Positions 18,866 through 27,921 of a stretch of DNA of 64,000 nt are shown piece after piece (position 1 is the first letter of the stretch; each line of letters begins with the position of its first letter). Origin of the DNA: a virus (taxonomy: Duplodnaviria; Heunggongvirae; Uroviricota; Caudoviricetes); IMG/VR virus record IMGVR_UViG_3300017917_002605, positions 46,471 through 110,470 of that record; one strand, given 5' to 3'. The translations under genes were made by a program, and so were the position numbers. The notes beneath the pieces were generated by a model, which was given only the letters and a program-made list of their open reading frames with translations, was not told the DNA's origin and searched no databases.

Positions 18866-20156
18866 ACTGTTGATGGCACTGGCGGCAGATGATGGCCGCA
18901 ATTATAAAATTGACCTGTTGATGAAACACAAGGATGATAAAGTCCTGCGTGAGATTGTGCGTCTTGCTCTAGACCCAATGACACAGTTTTATCAACGTAA
19001 GATTCCCACCTATGTGCCCGAGGATGAACCTTGGCACACCATTGAATCGGCTCTGCCTAAGTTGGCAAAACTGTACAACCGTGAGGTTACAGGCAATGCA
19101 GCCATCGAATATCTCCGACTGTTGCTCACCGAAGTATCGGCTGCCGATGCTTATGTGCTTGAACGCATCATTCAAAAAGACCTGAAGTGTGGTGTATCTG
19201 TATCAACCGCCAACAAGGTGTGGCCTGGTTTGGTCATGAATTATCCATGTATGCTCTGCTCACAGTTTGAACAGAAGTTGGTCGATAAGATTAAATTCCC
19301 TGCCTATGTTCAGATGAAGATGGACGGTATGCGGTTCAACGCCATTGTCCGTAATGGTGGTGTTGAGTTTCGCTCACGTAATGGCAAAGAACTGCACCTG
19401 CTTGGTGAACTAGAACAAGAGTTTCTGGCATTGGCCAATGGTGTTGATTGTGTGTTTGATGGTGAACTGATGGTCATGTTTGATGGTGACATTCAGTTTG
19501 CTGACCGACAGACAGGCAATGGCATTCTGAATAAGGCCAACAAAGGCACCATTAGTCTCAAAGAGGCCAAGATGGTACATGCCTCGTTGTGGGATGTTAT
19601 TCCGTATAATGATTTTGTGAAAGGTGTTTGCAATGTTCCTTATGAAACCCGTTGGTCAACGGTCGAACGGTTGGTTTCCCAACAACCAAGTAAAGGCAAA
19701 AGAATCTGGCCAGTCTGGCACAAAGAAGTCAGTACCATTGACGAAGCCAACACCATATTCCAGGAGTTACTGGCCGATGGGTACGAAGGTATCATTCTGA
19801 AAGACCGTAACGGCAAATGGGAAGACAAGCGTACCAAATCACAAATCAAATTCAAAGGTGAGTTGGAATGTGACCTGAGGGTTGTCGGTATCACAATGGG
19901 AACTGGCAAGTATGAAGGTATGATGGGTTCATTGGAATGTGAATCGGCCGATGGTGTCATAAAGGTATCGGTTGGTTCTGGATTTAATGATGAACACCGT
20001 CAAACAATGGGATTGAATGTGTTGGACCGTATCATTGCGGTCAAGTACAATGCAAGAATCACCAACAAGCAAGGCGAGCAGTCACTGTTTCTGCCTATTT
20101 TCGTAGAATTGCGTGAAGACAAGGACATTGCCGACACGTCCAATGATATCAAGTGA
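18849..20156 (+). CDS. ATP-dependent DNA ligase
   Basis: Adenylation motif I KMDGMR (KxDG) and downstream ligase motifs; start set at ATG 18849 (track start is upstream and overlapping). Confidence 0.85.
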   Translation: MTNYNELLMALAADDGRNYKIDLLMKHKDDKVLREIVRLALDPMTQFYQRKIPTYVPEDEPWHTIESALPKLAKLYNREVTGNAAIEYLRLLLTEVSAADAYVLERIIQKDLKCGVSVSTANKVWPGLVMNYPCMLCSQFEQKLVDKIKFPAYVQMKMDGMRFNAIVRNGGVEFRSRNGKELHLLGELEQEFLALANGVDCVFDGELMVMFDGDIQFADRQTGNGILNKANKGTISLKEAKMVHASLWDVIPYNDFVKGVCNVPYETRWSTVERLVSQQPSKGKRIWPVWHKEVSTIDEANTIFQELLADGYEGIILKDRNGKWEDKRTKSQIKFKGELECDLRVVGITMGTGKYEGMMGSLECESADGVIKVSVGSGFNDEHRQTMGLNVLDRIIAVKYNARITNKQGEQSLFLPIFVELREDKDIADTSNDIK

Positions 20157-20163
20157 GATAAAA

Positions 20164-20319
20164 ATGGAATTTGAAGAACTATCAATCGAGGCATTGATTG
20201 CCAACATGCAGTATCACCAAGCACTGGCTCAGAGAGCCATGAATGAAGCAAAGTTTAACATCGAGCGTGCTGAACTTTATGAAAAAGAACTGAAACGCCG
20301 TGGCCACAAGGTAGAATAA
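20164..20319 (+). CDS. small coiled-coil protein
   Basis: ATG after the ligase stop; 51 aa. Confidence 0.4.
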   Translation: MEFEELSIEALIANMQYHQALAQRAMNEAKFNIERAELYEKELKRRGHKVE

Positions 20320-20320
20320 C

Positions 20321-20485
20321 ATGAATCAATACTATATCGAAGAACTGAGACTGTCCCGTGAGTTGGCCAATGCCATCGCCGAAGAATTTCAATCATACGG
20401 ACAGGTCGTACCACATTCTGTATTTGAGGCCTACAAACGATTGGTCGAACACTACAAGAAAGAACAGGAAGAAGGGGTGCAATGA
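20321..20485 (+). CDS. small hypothetical protein (54 aa)
   Basis: ATG right after the upstream stop; stop overlaps next start; below the ORF-track cutoff. Confidence 0.35.
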   Translation: MNQYYIEELRLSRELANAIAEEFQSYGQVVPHSVFEAYKRLVEHYKKEQEEGVQ

Positions 20486-20694
20486 TGGCAACAAAGAAAA
20501 AGATTGTATATCCTCAGGTCACCAAAGGTTCACACCTGACCGTAACCACCTATGAGGACGGTCGTACCACCCTTGAGTGGGACGATGAACAACTATTGAA
20601 AGATGTTCAAGATGCCATCCGAGCACATGAGGCAACCGAACTGGTTGGTAGTATTGCACTAGGTGGAAAGCCAAAGACACGTGCCCGTAAATGA
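20482..20694 (+). CDS. hypothetical protein
   Basis: ORF; ATGA overlaps. Confidence 0.45.
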   Translation: MMATKKKIVYPQVTKGSHLTVTTYEDGRTTLEWDDEQLLKDVQDAIRAHEATELVGSIALGGKPKTRARK

Positions 20695-21212
20695 GTGACA
20701 AGATTTTTGTTGTTGCTGGTACCTATGACCAATTCCGTTACTTCATTAAAAAGAAGTCTGATGAAATATGGCAGAAAGGTGGACAAGTATCACTGTCTGA
20801 TTATGTGTATGTGAGTGGACCTGAAGTCTTACGTGGTCACAATAAGGTGCATGGGTATTTCTATGGCAACTTTCGTGAAAGAAAAGATTTACCTGAAATT
20901 GTACACCTGTTGCGTGTAATCAATAATATTCCGCCAGGTACAGAAATCATACCTCCGGCACCAGTCGTACAACGCAAAAAACTACAATCATCATGGAAAC
21001 CATGCAACAATCAAATCATCGTTGCGATTGATGGTGTGACACTATCGAGCACAAGTTTTGTTGCGGTGACCGATGGAAATACCATAGAGGTTGAATTGCC
21101 GGGTGCACCAATGACCGATGCAATTTTACATTTTCAAACAATACACGGTAAACAACGATTCTTTGGTGACGGTCAAACCAAAAAATTCAGTATTTCATTA
21201 ACAATCGTATGA
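20691..21212 (+). CDS. hypothetical protein
   Basis: ORF, 173 aa. Confidence 0.55.
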   Translation: MSDKIFVVAGTYDQFRYFIKKKSDEIWQKGGQVSLSDYVYVSGPEVLRGHNKVHGYFYGNFRERKDLPEIVHLLRVINNIPPGTEIIPPAPVVQRKKLQSSWKPCNNQIIVAIDGVTLSSTSFVAVTDGNTIEVELPGAPMTDAILHFQTIHGKQRFFGDGQTKKFSISLTIV

Positions 21213-21559
21213 GAACCATCATAGCAGGCAGTCGAGATTTCCACGATTATCAAACGGTCGTGGATGCCATTGAAGAATCCAGATTCACCATCACCACTGT
21301 TATCTCTGGTGGTGCCAAGGGTGTGGATGCCTTGGGTGAACGGTATGCCGAGGAAATGAATATCAATCTAAAGATATTCCGTGCCGATTGGGAAAAGAAT
21401 GGCCGTGCTGCTGGGCCCATACGTAACCGCAAGATGGCCGAGAATGCTGATGCTCTGATTGCCGTATGGGATGGTCAGTCAAGAGGCACCAAGAACATGA
21501 TTGAAACGGCAACCAAACTAGGATTGATGGTCTATGTCAAAGTACCAACCATACGGTAA
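21209..21559 (+). CDS. SLOG/DprA-like Rossmann-fold protein (DUF2493-like)
   Basis: IIAGSRD…ISGGAKGVD pattern. Confidence 0.45.
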   Translation: MRTIIAGSRDFHDYQTVVDAIEESRFTITTVISGGAKGVDALGERYAEEMNINLKIFRADWEKNGRAAGPIRNRKMAENADALIAVWDGQSRGTKNMIETATKLGLMVYVKVPTIR

Positions 21560-21566
21560 TGTTAAG

Positions 21567-21755
21567 ATGAAGGGCAAGTTAACCAAGAGACTTGCCTGCG
21601 GTTGTTGTGAGGCAACCAATGCCAAACGGCAATACTCTGAGCAATATGATGCCTACTATTGCCAACAATGTCGCAAATGGTTAGAATCCATGTGTGATGA
21701 CCCTAACTGTGAATTTTGTAATGAACGCCCTGAAACTGCCCCTCTTGATGATTAA
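21567..21755 (+). CDS. small Cys-rich (zinc-binding) protein
   Basis: CGCC…CQQC…CDDPNCEFC. Confidence 0.4.
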   Translation: MKGKLTKRLACGCCEATNAKRQYSEQYDAYYCQQCRKWLESMCDDPNCEFCNERPETAPLDD

Positions 21756-21918
21756 ACAGGTATTGCACCTGATTCCCCTTGTACACTTCTATGGCCGATG
21801 GTCTGATACGTCCGAATGTACCGGTTATGCCGGTGATGAACGGCAGCAAAGGTTCTGTACGGTCTGCAACAAGAAACAATACCGAACCGTGAACAACTAT
21901 TCATTTCTGGACAAATAA
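21748..21918 (+). CDS. small hypothetical protein
   Basis: Weak; overlaps upstream; Cys pairs. Confidence 0.3.
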   Translation: MIKQVLHLIPLVHFYGRWSDTSECTGYAGDERQQRFCTVCNKKQYRTVNNYSFLDK

Positions 21919-22679
21919 TGGAACACCGTAAGAAGTGGTACGAACTGTACCTGCCCTCCGATTATACTCATTGGACACTATCATATTGTGTGCCGTCTGA
22001 TGACTGCGATTCATGGAACTGGAAGACCAGTGGCTCATACGGCGAGAAACCAATTCACCGTGCATGGTTGGTTATTGGCATTCACCGAATGTTTTTGAAG
22101 TTGTACCTGTGGAAGGTCAAACCATATAAGGGTGAGTTTGGCCAAGACCCCTCGAAACGATACGGCATTACATTCTTTGAACGTGGTGTCCACCTGCATT
22201 GGGGTGATACGTGGGTGTATTCTTTGCCATGGGATTGGGAATGCGTGAGGCATGACCTGTTGTACCCTAACGGTGATGTGTATTGGCACAATAAGTTTCC
22301 ACGATATAGACTAGGTGAGAAGTCCAAGAGTTATACCTGGCATGATATCTTTGATGGCCGAACACCATACAAAAAAACCGATGTTGATGTTGAGGTCGCC
22401 AGATTTATTGACCTGGTACATTACACCAAAGATGGCCGTAAACAAACTGCCAGAATCCGATTGGCAGGTGAAGAAAGAGAGTGGCGTTACCGTTGGTTCA
22501 AATGGTTGCCGTGGCCGAATATCAAACGCCGAGTGGTTGATTGCTGGTCTGATAATGAACTTGGTGAAAAGGCAGGTTCATGGAAAGGTGGCATGATGGG
22601 CTGGTCGGTAGAATGGCGTAAGGGTGAATCTATGGAAGGTGCATTCTGGCGCTGGTACAAAGAATGGGATGGCCGATGA
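21918..22679 (+). CDS. Trp-rich hypothetical protein
   Basis: 253-aa ORF; TAATG overlap. Confidence 0.55.
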   Translation: MEHRKKWYELYLPSDYTHWTLSYCVPSDDCDSWNWKTSGSYGEKPIHRAWLVIGIHRMFLKLYLWKVKPYKGEFGQDPSKRYGITFFERGVHLHWGDTWVYSLPWDWECVRHDLLYPNGDVYWHNKFPRYRLGEKSKSYTWHDIFDGRTPYKKTDVDVEVARFIDLVHYTKDGRKQTARIRLAGEEREWRYRWFKWLPWPNIKRRVVDCWSDNELGEKAGSWKGGMMGWSVEWRKGESMEGAFWRWYKEWDGR

Positions 22680-22903
22680 AATACTGGACGATTGCATTTC
22701 CTGGTGAGTGTGGCCAACATGTACAGGAGACCTGGTCCGAAGACCAGATTATCAAGTCATACTACACCTATTGGTATGGCAAGATGGTACAGGCCAATAA
22801 GCATGACCTAATCAGTAAAGAAAGATGTATTGAAGACTGGTGCACCGTGCATTGGGCAGTGGAGACTGACAAGTGGGGTAAGAAAATTGAAACGAGTAAC
22901 TAA
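22664..22903 (+). CDS. hypothetical protein
   Basis: ORF. Confidence 0.45.
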   Translation: MGWPMKYWTIAFPGECGQHVQETWSEDQIIKSYYTYWYGKMVQANKHDLISKERCIEDWCTVHWAVETDKWGKKIETSN

Positions 22904-23138
22904 GATTGTTACGTTCTATGATGATGGTACGTTTACTGAGTCGGTACCTTATGTCGGTGCGCCGGTGCCATCGATTCCATTAAACCCAACATTACCTACA
23001 TTTCCAAACGTAGAAATCAAACAGTCTTGCCCAAAGTGCGGTCTAAAGTTAGAAGGTGTCATGGGATATAGTTGCCCACATAGTCAATGTCCAACTGGTC
23101 TTGGCGGTGTATGGTGTTCAACTGGAGATTGTGCATAA
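22830..23138 (+). CDS. Cys-rich protein (start uncertain; the track start is TTG)
   Basis: C-terminal CPKCG…CPHSQCP…CSTGDC; no in-frame ATG near the 5' end. Confidence 0.3.
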   Translation: MKTGAPCIGQWRLTSGVRKLKRVTKIVTFYDDGTFTESVPYVGAPVPSIPLNPTLPTFPNVEIKQSCPKCGLKLEGVMGYSCPHSQCPTGLGGVWCSTGDCA

Positions 23139-23329
23139 TGGAAAATGAAGAATACGATGTGGTGCTGGACGTACTGCAAAAGCACCATGATAAACTGTGG
23201 GAAATGACCAAGCGAAACATGAATTCCGAGTATATCGGTATGAATATCATGGACGATATACGTCTTGAGCAAATGGGCAAACTGAAGCTTGCCATGAAGG
23301 TATGGAAAGAGTATAATGCTGTTAAGTAA
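23138..23329 (+). CDS. hypothetical protein
   Basis: ATG overlapping the upstream stop. Confidence 0.45.
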   Translation: MENEEYDVVLDVLQKHHDKLWEMTKRNMNSEYIGMNIMDDIRLEQMGKLKLAMKVWKEYNAVK

Positions 23330-23519
23330 GAGTGATATTGAACGGGTGAACCAGTACCTGGAAGAAAATCCAGAGGTACAGTTTTTCAACCTAGTCCGTG
23401 ATGATAGTAGTGGCATTGGCTATACACTATCCCTTGAGTATGAAACCGTGCAGAAATTAAGAACTGCCAATTACCAGACCACCGTTAGGGTAGAACTGGT
23501 AGGTGTTGAGGAGTGGTAA
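23316..23519 (+). CDS. hypothetical protein
   Basis: ORF. Confidence 0.45.
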   Translation: MLLSKSDIERVNQYLEENPEVQFFNLVRDDSSGIGYTLSLEYETVQKLRTANYQTTVRVELVGVEEW

Positions 23520-23818
23520 TGCATTATACAAACACTAATAATCCGATAGATTTTCCCAAGTCTCGCAAAGAACACATTAAAGACCTAATGAACCTTGCCG
23601 GTACTGATACGTCCGGTAAGTGGATGTCCGTGGATAATGCCAGTACCTTTGCTGAACTTATTGTCCGTGAATGTGCCAATATCGCCAGAAACAATACTAG
23701 AACCGACAGTAAGGTTAACCAGATGATATTGAAACATTTCAACCTAACCGAAGAATATGAATTAACCACCCATGAGGAACAAGCCATATTCGATAAGAAT
23801 AGGAACTATCCATTATGA
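23519..23818 (+). CDS. paralog-family protein (N-extended member; FAELIVREC core)
   Basis: Shares the …STFAELIVRECANIA… core with five downstream paralogs. Confidence 0.5.
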   Translation: MHYTNTNNPIDFPKSRKEHIKDLMNLAGTDTSGKWMSVDNASTFAELIVRECANIARNNTRTDSKVNQMILKHFNLTEEYELTTHEEQAIFDKNRNYPL

Positions 23819-24018
23819 ACGAACAAATCAAAAACATTCTAAAGGCCAGTGGTGGTTTCTACCATGATGACGATGGTGGAGAAATGACACCATGCCTAGT
23901 TGGCCAAGATATTGAGAAGTTTGCCGAGTTGATTGTTCGGGAATGTATCAAAGTAATTGATGACAAGCCTATTTTTGGTTCACAACCTATCAAAGAACAT
24001 TTCGGAGTTGAAGAATGA
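23815..24018 (+). CDS. paralog-family small protein (MNE.I…KFAELIVREC…HFGVEE)
   Basis: Family member 2; ~67 aa. Confidence 0.55.
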   Translation: MNEQIKNILKASGGFYHDDDGGEMTPCLVGQDIEKFAELIVRECIKVIDDKPIFGSQPIKEHFGVEE

Positions 24019-24088
24019 AGGAGTGGTTAGTTGAGTGGTATCTGTTCCTGAAAAAAGAACTACAAATTTTATGTTGGGATTTGCATTG

Positions 24089-24337
24089 ATGAACGACCGA
24101 ATTAGAGAACTTGTCAAACAGGCTGGTGGACATTTTTCTACGCACAACCTAATGAGCAACCCAGTACAACACCGAGAATCTATTGAGTTGTGGGATGATA
24201 AAATTGAGAAGTTCGCCGAGTTGATTGTAGAAGAATGTGGAGAAATTGCCTACAAAGCCTATTGGGACAATCCTCAAACAGTTAGAGGTATACACATTAA
24301 AGAAAAGATTAAAAAACATTTCGGAGTTAAAGAATGA
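24089..24337 (+). CDS. paralog-family small protein
   Basis: MNDRIRELVKQAGG…KFAELIVEEC…HFGVKE. Confidence 0.5.
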   Translation: MNDRIRELVKQAGGHFSTHNLMSNPVQHRESIELWDDKIEKFAELIVEECGEIAYKAYWDNPQTVRGIHIKEKIKKHFGVKE

Positions 24338-24432
24338 GCATAAGCGAAACTATCGTCATACTTGCTATAATTTCACTGTTTGCCTTGGTTGTAGTGGGTG
24401 TATATAAGTTGATTGTAAAAGGTTTTCTATGA
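24334..24432 (+). CDS. 32-aa single-TM peptide
   Basis: ATGA-coupled at both ends; entirely hydrophobic; below the ORF-track cutoff. Confidence 0.3.
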   Translation: MSISETIVILAIISLFALVVVGVYKLIVKGFL

Positions 24433-24650
24433 ACGAACGAATTCAAGAACTCGCTGAACAGGCTGGACTGAAAGTAAATGCCGATGGTGAAATTGGTCCT
24501 GCTTTCTTTGGTTCTGTAGATGCTGGATACAAAAAATTCGCCGAGTTGATTGTTAGAGAATGTATGGGTATTGCAGAAGAAAATCAACCGAGAGATGTGG
24601 ATTGGAATGTTTCCGATATTATCAGGGTACATTTCGGAGTCCAAAAATGA
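24429..24650 (+). CDS. paralog-family small protein
   Basis: MNERIQELAEQAG…KFAELIVREC…HFGVQK. Confidence 0.55.
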   Translation: MNERIQELAEQAGLKVNADGEIGPAFFGSVDAGYKKFAELIVRECMGIAEENQPRDVDWNVSDIIRVHFGVQK

Positions 24651-24808
24651 AAGATATTGAGATTGAATTGTACTGTGACGGATGGACAGTCATAGTGGAT
24701 GGTAAACGATTCCGCTGGGACCATAATGATGAAGATATGGGAACCGAAGGTATCAAACAACTGTTAGAATATCTCGGCCATAAGGTTACCATTGAGGAGT
24801 GTTATTGA
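24647..24808 (+). CDS. small hypothetical protein (53 aa)
   Basis: ATGA-coupled. Confidence 0.4.
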   Translation: MKDIEIELYCDGWTVIVDGKRFRWDHNDEDMGTEGIKQLLEYLGHKVTIEECY

Positions 24809-25014
24809 TGAATGACCGTATTAAAGACCTATGGGAAGAGGCCACAGTATCCACATGGCCGAGACCTGGTAAGTTTACTGCTGGTGAGTATGACCATCAC
24901 CTAATAAAGTTTGCCGAATCAATCATCCGTGAATGTATGGAGATTGGTGATAAGGCACTACAGGATGGTAAATGGCCAGGTGACGTATTGAGTGAACATT
25001 TCGGAATAGAATAA
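24808..25014 (+). CDS. paralog-family small protein
   Basis: MNDRIKDLWEE…KFAESIIREC…HFGIE; RBS GAGGAG. Confidence 0.5.
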   Translation: MNDRIKDLWEEATVSTWPRPGKFTAGEYDHHLIKFAESIIRECMEIGDKALQDGKWPGDVLSEHFGIE

Positions 25015-25322
25015 TGATTGATTACCATGAAGCCCTGAGAGAAATGCACCGGGGTAATGTTGTAAAGTATGTTGGTACCGTAAATGGTAACGTAATGAGT
25101 GCCAATGGTGCTAGTTTCTGTATGTGCCGTGGATGCGTCTTTATGTTCGATAATGGTATACAGTGGAATAAACTAGGCTACATGGTATATGACCCAGACT
25201 TTCGATATGAACTTACTGGTGAAACAGTTGACCCAAGAGCATGGAAACCAGAGAAGAATAAAGACCGTAAAGAGATTAAATCAACATTGGGTTATAGTAG
25301 GGTAGGATTGGATAATGTATAA
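25014..25322 (+). CDS. hypothetical protein
   Basis: ORF; TAATG overlap. Confidence 0.5.
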   Translation: MIDYHEALREMHRGNVVKYVGTVNGNVMSANGASFCMCRGCVFMFDNGIQWNKLGYMVYDPDFRYELTGETVDPRAWKPEKNKDRKEIKSTLGYSRVGLDNV

Positions 25323-25493
25323 GACTGCCTGTGAATAAACCAGTGGATAACCGGTGTATAATAGTGCAATAAAGTGTGAAATTGTGTGATGCAAACGCAC
25401 CTGTGAATTCCAGGCAATCCGGCGAGTGAGCCTTTAAACCAGTGCCGGCGCAGAGAGGCAACCAAATCGCCGAGGTCCCGTGTAAACCTTCTA

Positions 25494-25577
25494 TTATAAC
25501 ACGTTTTCCGGCCCGTGGCAAGCCTCTGCGGCCCACTGTAACCCACCATTATATCACATTTTTCCGCACCTGGCAAG
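25494..25577 (-). promoter_or_regulatory. two tandem minus-strand sigma70 promoters (TTGCCA-N17-TATAAT each) firing leftward into the antisense of the paralog cluster
   Basis: Reverse complement of GGCTTGCCA at 25517-25525 and 25572-25580 with TATAAT (rc of ATTATA) exactly 17 nt away (25494-25499, 25549-25554). Confidence 0.45.
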
Positions 25578-25698
25578 CCCTTGATGTTGCGAAAATACAA
25601 CGCCACTTTCGCCTGACAGGACGGCTTGACTGGTGTACACTCCAGGTGTTGGGTTTGAGAGTTAAATTACCTTTATAAATCAACAGCTTACCTGCTGG

Positions 25699-25726
25699 TT
25701 GCCAAACCTACCTGGACCTGTATAAT
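25699..25726 (+). promoter_or_regulatory. promoter-family member TTGCCA-N16-(C)TGTATAAT
   Basis: Extended -10; one of ~14 copies. Confidence 0.55.
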
Positions 25727-25733
25727 CCAAGGT

Positions 25734-26000
25734 ATGGTAAGAAAAGAAAATAAGTTGAGTGAGTTAGCCGGATGGCTTGGAATGGTCCTGATACATAGTG
25801 CCACCCTACCAGTAACCATTAAGAATATAATGGGTGTTAATGCTGCATTACCGCCTATTGAAATGGTATTACTGGTATGGACTGGATTATTCCTGTTTCT
25901 AATCCGTGCTGTTGGTAATAACGATAAACTGTATATTATCAGTAATGCGGTTGGATTTTTCTTTAATTCGATTCTCTTGGCATTAATCGTATTCAAATGA
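25734..26000 (+). CDS. membrane protein (2-3 TM)
   Basis: Promoter CCTGTATAAT upstream; hydrophobic. Confidence 0.5.
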   Translation: MVRKENKLSELAGWLGMVLIHSATLPVTIKNIMGVNAALPPIEMVLLVWTGLFLFLIRAVGNNDKLYIISNAVGFFFNSILLALIVFK

Positions 26001-26146
26001 ATTATACTCTGATTACCAAAACTGGCCGTATTATGACCTTTTATATTGAGGGTGTGGCCAATCTATATCAATCGATTTATGGTGGTGTTGTAATTACGCA
26101 ACAGGTGCTGGCGGAGGGCTTGCCGGGGGTGGTGGAGTCTGTATAA
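25997..26146 (+). CDS. small hypothetical protein (49 aa)
   Basis: ATGA overlap; its 3' end overlaps the next promoter. Confidence 0.3.
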   Translation: MNYTLITKTGRIMTFYIEGVANLYQSIYGGVVITQQVLAEGLPGVVESV

Positions 26147-26147
26147 T
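26120..26147 (+). promoter_or_regulatory. promoter-family member TTGCCG-N16-TGTATAAT
   Basis: Family consensus. Confidence 0.55.
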
Positions 26148-26154
26148 AGGCACT

Positions 26155-26466
26155 ATGTTGAGAAAAAAGCGTAGCGACCGAAACCATGTCATCTATCGTA
26201 TGACCATGGGGACCGGTGATGAATACATTGGTTTGACTGTGGCCGATGGACAGGCCTTCCTGCGGTCCGTGAAGGTGCGGGTTCAGAAGCACCTGTCCCG
26301 TGCTCGCCGTGAGAATAAGGAATGGGCTCTGTACCAATTCCTGCGTGAAAACGAAGGTACTACAGTTGAATATGAGGTCCTAGAGGTGGTGCGTGGACGT
26401 AAGCCTGCACACCAACGGGAACGTGAACTAATTGGTGAATATTCACCTACACTGAATACTTTTTGA
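26155..26466 (+). CDS. GIY-YIG domain nuclease-like protein
   Basis: VIYRMT…(10)…YIGLT, then R/E residues spaced as in the GIY-YIG fold. Confidence 0.45.
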   Translation: MLRKKRSDRNHVIYRMTMGTGDEYIGLTVADGQAFLRSVKVRVQKHLSRARRENKEWALYQFLRENEGTTVEYEVLEVVRGRKPAHQRERELIGEYSPTLNTF

Positions 26467-26567
26467 TTACAGGAGAATCCGAGTTGGCTTTGCCAGACCC
26501 CACGGGGCGTAAGGATTCTCCTGTTGTTTTTTCGCAACAAATAGTTGACCGGTGGGATGGACAATGG

Positions 26568-26595
26568 TTGCCGAAACCACCAAAACCTGTATAAT
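26568..26595 (+). promoter_or_regulatory. promoter-family member TTGCCG-N16-TGTATAAT
   Basis: Family consensus. Confidence 0.55.
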
Positions 26596-26602
26596 TGGAC
26601 AC

Positions 26603-26791
26603 ATGATGAAAAACGAAATTGAAACCACCAAGGGCACCGTGACCTTCACGGCTACTGGTCTTATCTTCCGTGCTCGTCCGGTTGACCCGGATGCACCCAC
26701 CCCTGCGGCACCTGTGTTTGATACCACTGCACTGTGCCGTCCTGTGGTGTTGCCGGAATACAACGGTCCTCGCCGTGTGGTAAAATTCTGA
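26603..26791 (+). CDS. small hypothetical protein (possibly leaderless)
   Basis: ATG ~7 nt downstream of the TGTATAAT -10; the track start (GTG) lies upstream of that promoter. Confidence 0.4.
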   Translation: MMKNEIETTKGTVTFTATGLIFRARPVDPDAPTPAAPVFDTTALCRPVVLPEYNGPRRVVKF

Positions 26792-26838
26792 TTGCCAAAC
26801 CTGCCCAAACCTGTATAATTGGTTCTGTTGAGTTGATA
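26792..26838 (+). promoter_or_regulatory. promoter-family member plus conserved leader GTTGAGTTGATAAG
   Basis: TTGCCA-N16-TGTATAAT then the conserved 5'UTR. Confidence 0.6.
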
Positions 26839-26852
26839 AGCAAAGGCAAAAA

Positions 26853-27077
26853 ATGTCCCGACTGATTCCTGTCTATGAAGCGAAAGCGATGTTTGATGAA
26901 TTCCTGGATGAGGTCAATGGTGAAGTTTCCATTGGCACCCTCCGTTACGCCGCTTCGGATGTTCTGAAATCGGTGGACCCGGTGCTGTATGATATGGAAT
27001 TCTCCGAATACACCGACCGCCTGGTTGAGGACGGTGTATATGTGGAAGGATACACTGATGAATTGCTGGAGAACTAA
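26853..27077 (+). CDS. acidic hypothetical protein
   Basis: Promoter plus conserved leader GTTGAGTTGATAAGCAAAGG upstream. Confidence 0.5.
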   Translation: MSRLIPVYEAKAMFDEFLDEVNGEVSIGTLRYAASDVLKSVDPVLYDMEFSEYTDRLVEDGVYVEGYTDELLEN

Positions 27078-27086
27078 AGTATTAGG

Positions 27087-27138
27087 TTGCCATTCCCACC
27101 CAAACCTGTATAATTGGTTCTGTTGAGTTGATAAACGA
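27087..27138 (+). promoter_or_regulatory. promoter-family member plus conserved leader
   Basis: CCACCCAAACCTGTATAATTGGTTCTGTTGAGTTGATAA, near-identical to 26801-26838. Confidence 0.6.
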
Positions 27139-27153
27139 TTGAAAGGAAACACT

Positions 27154-27462
27154 ATGTCCAAGTCTGCTAATGTTCTGGCCCTTGAAGCTGCCAAAGCTGA
27201 GGTTGCTCGTCTGCGTGAGGTTGTCCGTGTTGAGCGTGCCAATGCCAAGCAAGCACGTGCTGACCGTAAGGCCGCTCGTGAAGCCGAAAAGACTGCCAAG
27301 GCCACTGCTCGTGCCGAAAAGAAAGCTGCGAAAATCGCCGCTCTGGAAGCTAAACTGTCTGCTCTCCGTAATCCGGTCGGATCCGCAGCACGTAAGGCTG
27401 CGAAGCGTCCGTCCAAGGTTACTGTGACCAAGGGTTCTGCTGCTCGCAAGGCTGTTGCCTAA
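27154..27462 (+). CDS. Lys/Ala-rich histone-H1-like DNA-binding protein
   Basis: KAAK/AKAA low-complexity repeats; promoter and conserved leader; RBS GAAAGGAAAC. Confidence 0.55.
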   Translation: MSKSANVLALEAAKAEVARLREVVRVERANAKQARADRKAAREAEKTAKATARAEKKAAKIAALEAKLSALRNPVGSAARKAAKRPSKVTVTKGSAARKAVA

Positions 27463-27475
27463 AAACAACGACTGG

Positions 27476-27503
27476 TTGCCCACCGCACCAATACCTGTAT
27501 AAT
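27476..27503 (+). promoter_or_regulatory. promoter-family member TTGCCC-N16-TGTATAAT
   Basis: Family consensus. Confidence 0.55.
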
Positions 27504-27526
27504 TGATTCCATACTAAGGAGAAAAG

Positions 27527-27676
27527 ATGATTCGCTTTATGATTGGTCTGCTGATGGTGATGGGTGCGGTTGGTGGTATGGAAGACCCCGCCAATAGTCT
27601 GTTGGTTGGTGTTGTCCTTGCCGTGTGTGGTCTGGCCATTATGGCTGCTGGTGTGAATAAGGTGGTGTACCAATGA
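27527..27676 (+). CDS. small 2-TM membrane protein (49 aa)
   Basis: Promoter at 27476-27503 plus perfect RBS TAAGGAGAAAAG; below the ORF-track cutoff. Confidence 0.5.
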   Translation: MIRFMIGLLMVMGAVGGMEDPANSLLVGVVLAVCGLAIMAAGVNKVVYQ

Positions 27677-27921
27677 ACCTGATTGTCCAAACCGTGGTAT
27701 ATGAGTGTGAGGATGGCCAGTGGTACCGTGGTGAAAACAAGGTGTACCGTGTGACCGATGTACCATATGGCCTGTCCAATGAAGCACTGAACCAACTGGC
27801 CATGACCTTTGAACGTGGTACCGCCTATACAGTGGAACAGCTGGTGGACTGGACTGTATCGTATGAGGTACAAACCTGCACCTATGAGGACGTGGTTAAT
27901 TCCCTGATGGAGGAAGTATGA
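27673..27921 (+). CDS. hypothetical protein
   Basis: ATGA-coupled. Confidence 0.5.
   Translation: MNLIVQTVVYECEDGQWYRGENKVYRVTDVPYGLSNEALNQLAMTFERGTAYTVEQLVDWTVSYEVQTCTYEDVVNSLMEEV

Noticed and set aside
26661-27449. 262-aa minus-strand ORF
   Set aside because: It lies antisense to a run of promoter- and RBS-equipped + strand genes (26853, 27154) in a locally GC-rich stretch where long random ORFs are expected, and it has no RBS.
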